Of a stretch of DNA of 64,000 nucleotides, positions 59,361 through 64,000 are shown piece after piece (the stretch's first letter is position 1; each line of letters starts with the position of its first letter). Made by a program: the position numbers and the translations under genes. Source of the stretch: Candidatus Aminicenantes bacterium (GTDB taxonomy: Bacteria; Acidobacteriota; Aminicenantia; Aminicenantales; Aminicenantaceae); the NCBI GenBank assembly GCA_011773465.1, contig WVXO01000060.1, positions 34,047 to 98,046 of the forward strand, read 5' to 3'. A model generated the notes under the pieces. The model was not told the DNA's origin, ran no database searches, and saw only the letters and a list, made by a program, of their open reading frames with translations.

Positions 59361-62264
59361 ATGAAAAACTTGAGATTGCACTGGTATTTTGTTCTTGCCC
59401 TATTTGTGTTTTTTGTCTCCTCGGGCTTTGCTCAAAATGTTGTATTCGAAGAAAGGAAAGAAGGCGACAAACAGATTTTCCGGCTGAGCAACGAGCAGGT
59501 TAAATGTTCGGTAATTTTTGAGGAAGGGAAGCTTAGTTCTGACAAGCTTGAAGCACAACTGGATTGGTTAGCAGAATACAGGACCAGGCCCTTTTCGATT
59601 GAAACCGATGCTGATTTTGGCCTGAATTTGATGTGGACAGGGTGGCGGGCACCGAGAAAAGCGAATAACGCAGAAAATCCCGTAATGTTCTCCAAACATA
59701 ATTTTCAGCTTCTGCGTCATGAGATTCAAGAGCTTCCCGAAGATAGCAAAGAATTAAGTTTTTTCTTCAAAGGACTGAACAGTTCTTTGGAGCTGCGGAT
59801 AACATATAAACTCGAAAAGGACGCCTTCTATATAAAGCGCAAAATAGCAGTTCGCGATTCCAGATCAGGCGGCCATTTCTTAAGATGGATTTGGCCCCGC
59901 CGGGGTGTTGTTTACGGAAATGTGACAATTCTTAAACCCGGAGGGTTCGGTCAGCCACTGGCTCTGCAGTACAAGCAAGGAGGTGCTTTTTTCGGACTGG
60001 AATACCCGACTTCAGAAAATTCCCTGAAGCCTTTGGAGAGAGGTAAAACAACTCTGCACTGCGGCCAGGAATTCGGGGAGCGGATCGGAAGCTCCTGGCT
60101 GGAGAGCGAATGGGTTGTGGAAGGGCTATCCCCGAATCCGCATGTCAAACTCTGGTTCTGGAAGTATCTGGACCGGATTCGAGTCGCATCTCTAAAGCCC
60201 TTTCTCCTTTATAACACCTGGTATGATGTTAGGGCGCCTGAAATTGTGGAAAGTCCAGCCCATGTCATGAATGAAAAAAATTTACTTCGTATTATCGAAT
60301 CTTTCAAGAAAGAAATGGTCGAAAAGCATGGATTAGAGCTGGATGCCTTTGTTCTGGACGACGGCTGGGATGTTTACAAAAGTGATTGGGTGTTGAGCAA
60401 CTCGCAATTTCCAAGAGGCCTCGTTCCGGTGGGTGATGCCTTGAAAGAAATAGGAACAAACCTTGGAATGTGGTTTGGTCCTATTGGCGGTTACTCAAAC
60501 AGAACGTGGCGGATTGAATGGATGCGTAACCACGGGTACGAAGTTATCCCCGGCCGTGAAGCAGGAAGGGGCCAGCTATGCTTGGCCGGAAAAAGATATC
60601 GCCAGCTCTTCAAGAAAAGGGTATTAGATTTTATCCGCAACAACGGCGTGGGCTATTACAAGTGGGACGGAATCCAATTCTCCTGTAGCGAACCTGACCA
60701 CGGTCATCCTATCGAAGTCTATTCCCGGAGGGCTGTCATGGAATCATTGATTGACCTTTGCCGATCTGTTAGGACTGAGAACCCGAATATTTTTCTGAAT
60801 ATCACCTCCGGAACCTGGCTTAGCCCCTGGTGGGTAAAGTATGCCAACACGATCTGGATGCAGGGAAGTGACTACGGCTATGCCAATGTCCCCTCGATAA
60901 GCAGGCGTGACGGGGCCATCACCTACCGCGATTACGTACTCTTTGAAGATTACGGGAAAAACGATTTCTGGTTTCCGATTGCTAATCTGATGACTCACGG
61001 AATTATTAAAGGCAATTTGCAGAAATTGGGAGGAGAGGCAGAACCTTTGGATAAATTTACGGACAATGCCCTCCTCTATTTTGCCCGCGGTGTTTCCATG
61101 TGGGAGCTCTACGTTTCTCCAGACTTGCTCACAGATGGAGAATGGAATGCCCTGGCAAAATCCATCCGCTGGGCAAAGGATAGATTTGAAGTCTTGCGCT
61201 CAACAGAGATGGTCGGCGGAGACCCAGGAGAAAGCCTTGCCTACGGATATGTCCACTTTGCCGGAAACCGCGGAATTATTGCTGCCAGGAATCCTTCTAT
61301 CGAACCTCAAACTCTGAAGGTTTCATTATCAGCTTCCATGGGTCTCGATCCCAAGGTGTCTTCTTTAGTGGTGGAACGAGTGTATCCTAAGCGGCGAATC
61401 TCACCCAAATTGTATAGAGCAGGATCGAATCTAGAAATACCGCTTCAAGGATATGAAACTGCCGTATACGAAATTTATCCTCTTGATGAGGCCTCTGAGC
61501 CTCTGCTGGCCGGAGTTACTTTTGAATTAATCAAGGAAAGTGAAAGCAACTATGCTGTGAAGTATTATGATGCACAAAAAGGTGCCCGATTGTTGAATCC
61601 AGAAATGGTCCGAACGGTGAAGTACGGCGGCAAAAGCATCAAGCCCTCCAATTTCTCAATTCCGCTCAGGCATCTGCCCGAGCCTGTGAGCCATGGTTCT
61701 ATTCGCCTCTCTTCTCAAGAGAATCAACCAGAAATCAATATAGAATTCGACCTCCATAAGCCTGCAGAAGAAGCTACTTTGGCTATCTTACTTGAACCGG
61801 TTGGAGAATCAAAGGGCGAGACAAAACCTGAAGTCACCGCATTTTTGGACGGGGAAAAAGTAGAGCTAAAGGTAGAACAGCAGAATGGCCGCTGGGGCTG
61901 GTACACGTTTAAGGTTCAACCCGGCAAACATACCTCTCGTATCATTACTACCCAAAAAGAAAATGAGAAGGAAAATATAGGAAATGGCAACGTTTCTGTG
62001 GAAGAAAATGGAGACAGACAAAATGGGGCCTGGCCTCATTTTCCTCTAGTTATAGCTACGCAGGGAGAAAAAGAAAATAAATGGACGGGCAAAGTTTCTG
62101 TATGGCTCGTCTGTTCACAGAGGCCAGAGGCGATGGAGGTTGCTTTTGATCTGGCGCAAAAACTTGGTAAGAAGCGATCAATGCCGCCCAGGCCCTGGCC
62201 TTCTGGAGAGTTCCAAAGGACCGTTAAACTCGGAGAGCTTGAGATCCGTAATCCCTATAAATAA
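59361..62264 (+). CDS. Secreted alpha-galactosidase-like glycoside hydrolase (GH36/GH27-clan TIM barrel), large
   Basis: Signal peptide. FVLDDGWDVYKSDWVLSNSQFPRGL and GYYKWDG resemble melibiase-type catalytic barrels. The C-terminal beta domains carry a repeat-derived segment. Confidence 0.55.
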   Translation: MKNLRLHWYFVLALFVFFVSSGFAQNVVFEERKEGDKQIFRLSNEQVKCSVIFEEGKLSSDKLEAQLDWLAEYRTRPFSIETDADFGLNLMWTGWRAPRKANNAENPVMFSKHNFQLLRHEIQELPEDSKELSFFFKGLNSSLELRITYKLEKDAFYIKRKIAVRDSRSGGHFLRWIWPRRGVVYGNVTILKPGGFGQPLALQYKQGGAFFGLEYPTSENSLKPLERGKTTLHCGQEFGERIGSSWLESEWVVEGLSPNPHVKLWFWKYLDRIRVASLKPFLLYNTWYDVRAPEIVESPAHVMNEKNLLRIIESFKKEMVEKHGLELDAFVLDDGWDVYKSDWVLSNSQFPRGLVPVGDALKEIGTNLGMWFGPIGGYSNRTWRIEWMRNHGYEVIPGREAGRGQLCLAGKRYRQLFKKRVLDFIRNNGVGYYKWDGIQFSCSEPDHGHPIEVYSRRAVMESLIDLCRSVRTENPNIFLNITSGTWLSPWWVKYANTIWMQGSDYGYANVPSISRRDGAITYRDYVLFEDYGKNDFWFPIANLMTHGIIKGNLQKLGGEAEPLDKFTDNALLYFARGVSMWELYVSPDLLTDGEWNALAKSIRWAKDRFEVLRSTEMVGGDPGESLAYGYVHFAGNRGIIAARNPSIEPQTLKVSLSASMGLDPKVSSLVVERVYPKRRISPKLYRAGSNLEIPLQGYETAVYEIYPLDEASEPLLAGVTFELIKESESNYAVKYYDAQKGARLLNPEMVRTVKYGGKSIKPSNFSIPLRHLPEPVSHGSIRLSSQENQPEINIEFDLHKPAEEATLAILLEPVGESKGETKPEVTAFLDGEKVELKVEQQNGRWGWYTFKVQPGKHTSRIITTQKENEKENIGNGNVSVEENGDRQNGAWPHFPLVIATQGEKENKWTGKVSVWLVCSQRPEAMEVAFDLAQKLGKKRSMPPRPWPSGEFQRTVKLGELEIRNPYK
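62018..62046 (+). repeat. Family D palindrome embedded in frame in the glycosidase CDS
   Basis: acaaaatggggcctggcctcattttcctc, of which aaatggggcctggcc-cattttc matches 15675-15699 at 23 of 25 positions. It encodes QNGAWPHFP. Confidence 0.7.
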
Positions 62265-62283
62265 TTGTATGTGCTTAATACTT

Positions 62284-62399
62284 CTGTAGGGGTTTGATTT
62301 ATCAAACACTCCTTTGTGTTCATATAACCAAATTGCAAAATATGGGGACGGGCCCCATTTTCTCTTTTATTGTAGGGGCTTGATTCATCAAGCCCGCCT
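62284..62399 (+). repeat. Composite repeat B-D-B
   Basis: B at 62284-62312, D at 62341-64 (tatggggacgggccccattttctc), B at 62371-62399. It is colinear with the reverse complement of 15614-15743. Confidence 0.8.
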
Positions 62400-62435
62400 C
62401 TGTATTAATCGGACATATGACTCACCAATAACCAA

Positions 62436-63917
62436 TCATTTTCCCCGCAGCTTTTTTAGCGCCCTGATAGCACTCTCCATTTTAGGGTCCAGTTCCAACG
62501 CTTTTTCGTAATATTTGATGGCATTCTCTTTATCCCCGTTAATCATATATGCCTCCCCAAGACTGTCGTGACAATTGGCATTCTTTGGATAAACCTCGAT
62601 ATTTAATTTGAAGATTTCAATCGCATCCTTAACTCTCTCCATCCCAAGCAATTGATAACCAAGCCTATTCAGTTGCCTCGGATCAAAATTGTAAGATTTA
62701 GGATGATTTTCTTTCAATTCTTTATACAGCCTGATAGCTACATCAATACCTTTTTCAGCAATAGTTTTACTTATGAGAGCTCTAATCGGTGTTTTTGGAA
62801 TCGGGGGCGGCTCAAGCCCCATTATGGTAAACAAAGTTGCAATTGTAATATCCCCTGTCGGTGCAAAATCACAATTACTGAGCACAACCGCAGCCGTTGA
62901 TTTTTCAGGCATCATAATAAAATATGTTCTATATCCGACATCGCCTCCTCCGTGGGAAACAGTTTTAATTTCTCTATAAGTTCTTATAAACCAACTAAGC
63001 CCGGCACGCCCGTTTTCTCCATTGTTAAGTTTAGCCGGTTCCCATAGAATATCATAACTTTCCGGCTTTAATATTTTCTTCCCCTTGAAGGCACCTTTGT
63101 TCATGTTGGCCATTGCCCAGTTACACATTTCTAGAACATTTGAATGCAAAGTAGAACTTGGAGCATGGGCGCGATGGTATGGATAAATATCGCTGACAAC
63201 TGTTTTCAACTTCATGACATGTGGAGTCGTAGCCAACTTGGGAGAAACCTTTTTTTTAAGGAAAGTGCTCTCATGCATTTCTAAAGGATCAAGAATATTC
63301 TTCTTCACATAGTCTTCGAATGACACCCCAGAAACTTTCGCTATGACGTCCCCCAGCACTTCAAAAGCCATGTTACTGTATGAAAATCTTTCACCTGGTG
63401 CTGCAATGAGTTTTTCGTCAGTCAAACTTCTTACATACCTCTCTAGAGCACCATCATCATATTCCGGCTTATCCCAATGATAATCCATCACATCGGGCAT
63501 ACCTGATATATGACCTAGCATTTGCCTTATAGTGATTTCCTTATATCTTTCATCGTCTAATTTAAAATAGGGGAGGTACTTTACTACCGGATCATCAAGG
63601 TCAACTTTACCTTGTTCTACAAACTGCATGATGGCTGTTGCAGAAAATGGTTTAGAAACCGAGGCCATGTGGAATAATGATTTTGTCGTAATGGATTCTT
63701 TTGTCTCGATATTTTTCACGCCAAAACCCTTCGCATACACTATTTCATTATCTTTCACAATGCCTATCGCCAGCCCCGTCAGTTCATAGGATTTCATAAT
63801 CTCTTGAACAATTGGTTCTACTTTTTCTCCAATCTGGTTTTGTTTTTCCTGAGCTGCCACATAGCCAAAACTCAAGATAATTAAAGTGACTAAAATCAGG
63901 TTTTTAAATTTGTTCAT
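62436..63917 (-). CDS. Serine hydrolase (beta-lactamase/PBP4*-like fold) fused to C-terminal TPR repeats, secreted
   Basis: Signal peptide, SxxK (SVSKPF), YxN (YSN), and C-terminal TPR repeats (AIEIFKLNIEVYPKNANCHDSLGEAY...). Confidence 0.85.
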   Translation of the reverse strand: MNKFKNLILVTLIILSFGYVAAQEKQNQIGEKVEPIVQEIMKSYELTGLAIGIVKDNEIVYAKGFGVKNIETKESITTKSLFHMASVSKPFSATAIMQFVEQGKVDLDDPVVKYLPYFKLDDERYKEITIRQMLGHISGMPDVMDYHWDKPEYDDGALERYVRSLTDEKLIAAPGERFSYSNMAFEVLGDVIAKVSGVSFEDYVKKNILDPLEMHESTFLKKKVSPKLATTPHVMKLKTVVSDIYPYHRAHAPSSTLHSNVLEMCNWAMANMNKGAFKGKKILKPESYDILWEPAKLNNGENGRAGLSWFIRTYREIKTVSHGGGDVGYRTYFIMMPEKSTAAVVLSNCDFAPTGDITIATLFTIMGLEPPPIPKTPIRALISKTIAEKGIDVAIRLYKELKENHPKSYNFDPRQLNRLGYQLLGMERVKDAIEIFKLNIEVYPKNANCHDSLGEAYMINGDKENAIKYYEKALELDPKMESAIRALKKLRGK

Positions 63918-64000
63918 TTTTGACTCCTTATTTAGACTTTAGAGGAAGCAAGTCTTACAGGCCTTATCAATTCTTCTATTTTTGCAGCAGCTAATTGACC

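Overview
This is a bacterial chromosomal window of mosaic composition. Hand counts of sample 60-nt lines give about 45% GC in the cell-division cluster, about 52% in the kinase gene, and 17-37% across 33-45 kb. The lineage cannot be determined from the sequence. Archaeal-type enzymes (class V FBP aldolase/phosphatase, TreT, an ATP-NAD-kinase-family protein) hint at an uncultivated or deep-branching bacterium.

The core of the window is a complete, tightly packed dcw cluster at 15.9-31.6 kb: mraZ-rsmH-ftsL-ftsI-murE-murF-mraY-murD-ftsW-murG-murC-ftsQ-ftsA-ftsZ. It has a textbook sigma70 promoter and three 10-bp-phased GGGA boxes, and it lacks murB and ddl.

Flanking genes:
- An FtsX-type permease fragment, a secreted cyclophilin, a DUF3800 protein and an alanine:cation symporter.
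- An ECF sigma / anti-sigma / secretin-N mini-operon.
- An M23 peptidase and a FecR/Trp-rich/Ser-Gly-tailed protein.
- A NUDIX hydrolase and a zinc-ribbon Ser/Thr kinase with TPR repeats.
- hutI, then a low-GC envelope module (GT9, a membrane protein, a Thr-type sulfatase-like enzyme).
- An rpoD-type sigma gene, USP, an FKBP PPIase, an OtsA-OtsB fusion next to TreT, and an Fe-ADH.
- A Ddl-like ATP-grasp protein plus an epimerase, and a Tat-signal aminotransferase.
- gcvPA/gcvPB plus an ATP-NAD-kinase-like gene, and SDR genes (one intact, one remnant).
- A secreted GH2 / alpha-galactosidase-like pair, and a beta-lactamase-fold/TPR protein.

No tRNA, rRNA, CRISPR array, integrase or transposase was seen.

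The most unusual observations:
1. The rpoD-type gene is interrupted by a single in-frame TGA exactly between region 1.1 (a 53-codon ORF) and the rest. A restart ATG lies one codon later.
2. At least five families of short interspersed palindromic or MITE-like repeats fill most intergenic gaps. They even supply the last 10 codons of ftsW, the stop codon of the aminotransferase, and an in-frame piece of a glycosidase.
3. A ~139-nt repeat with only ~6 mismatches occurs in direct orientation 15 kb apart.
4. A ~75-nt upstream element with a sigma32-like motif is shared by two minus-strand genes.

All calls rest on reading the sequence and on remembered family motifs. No searches were run.
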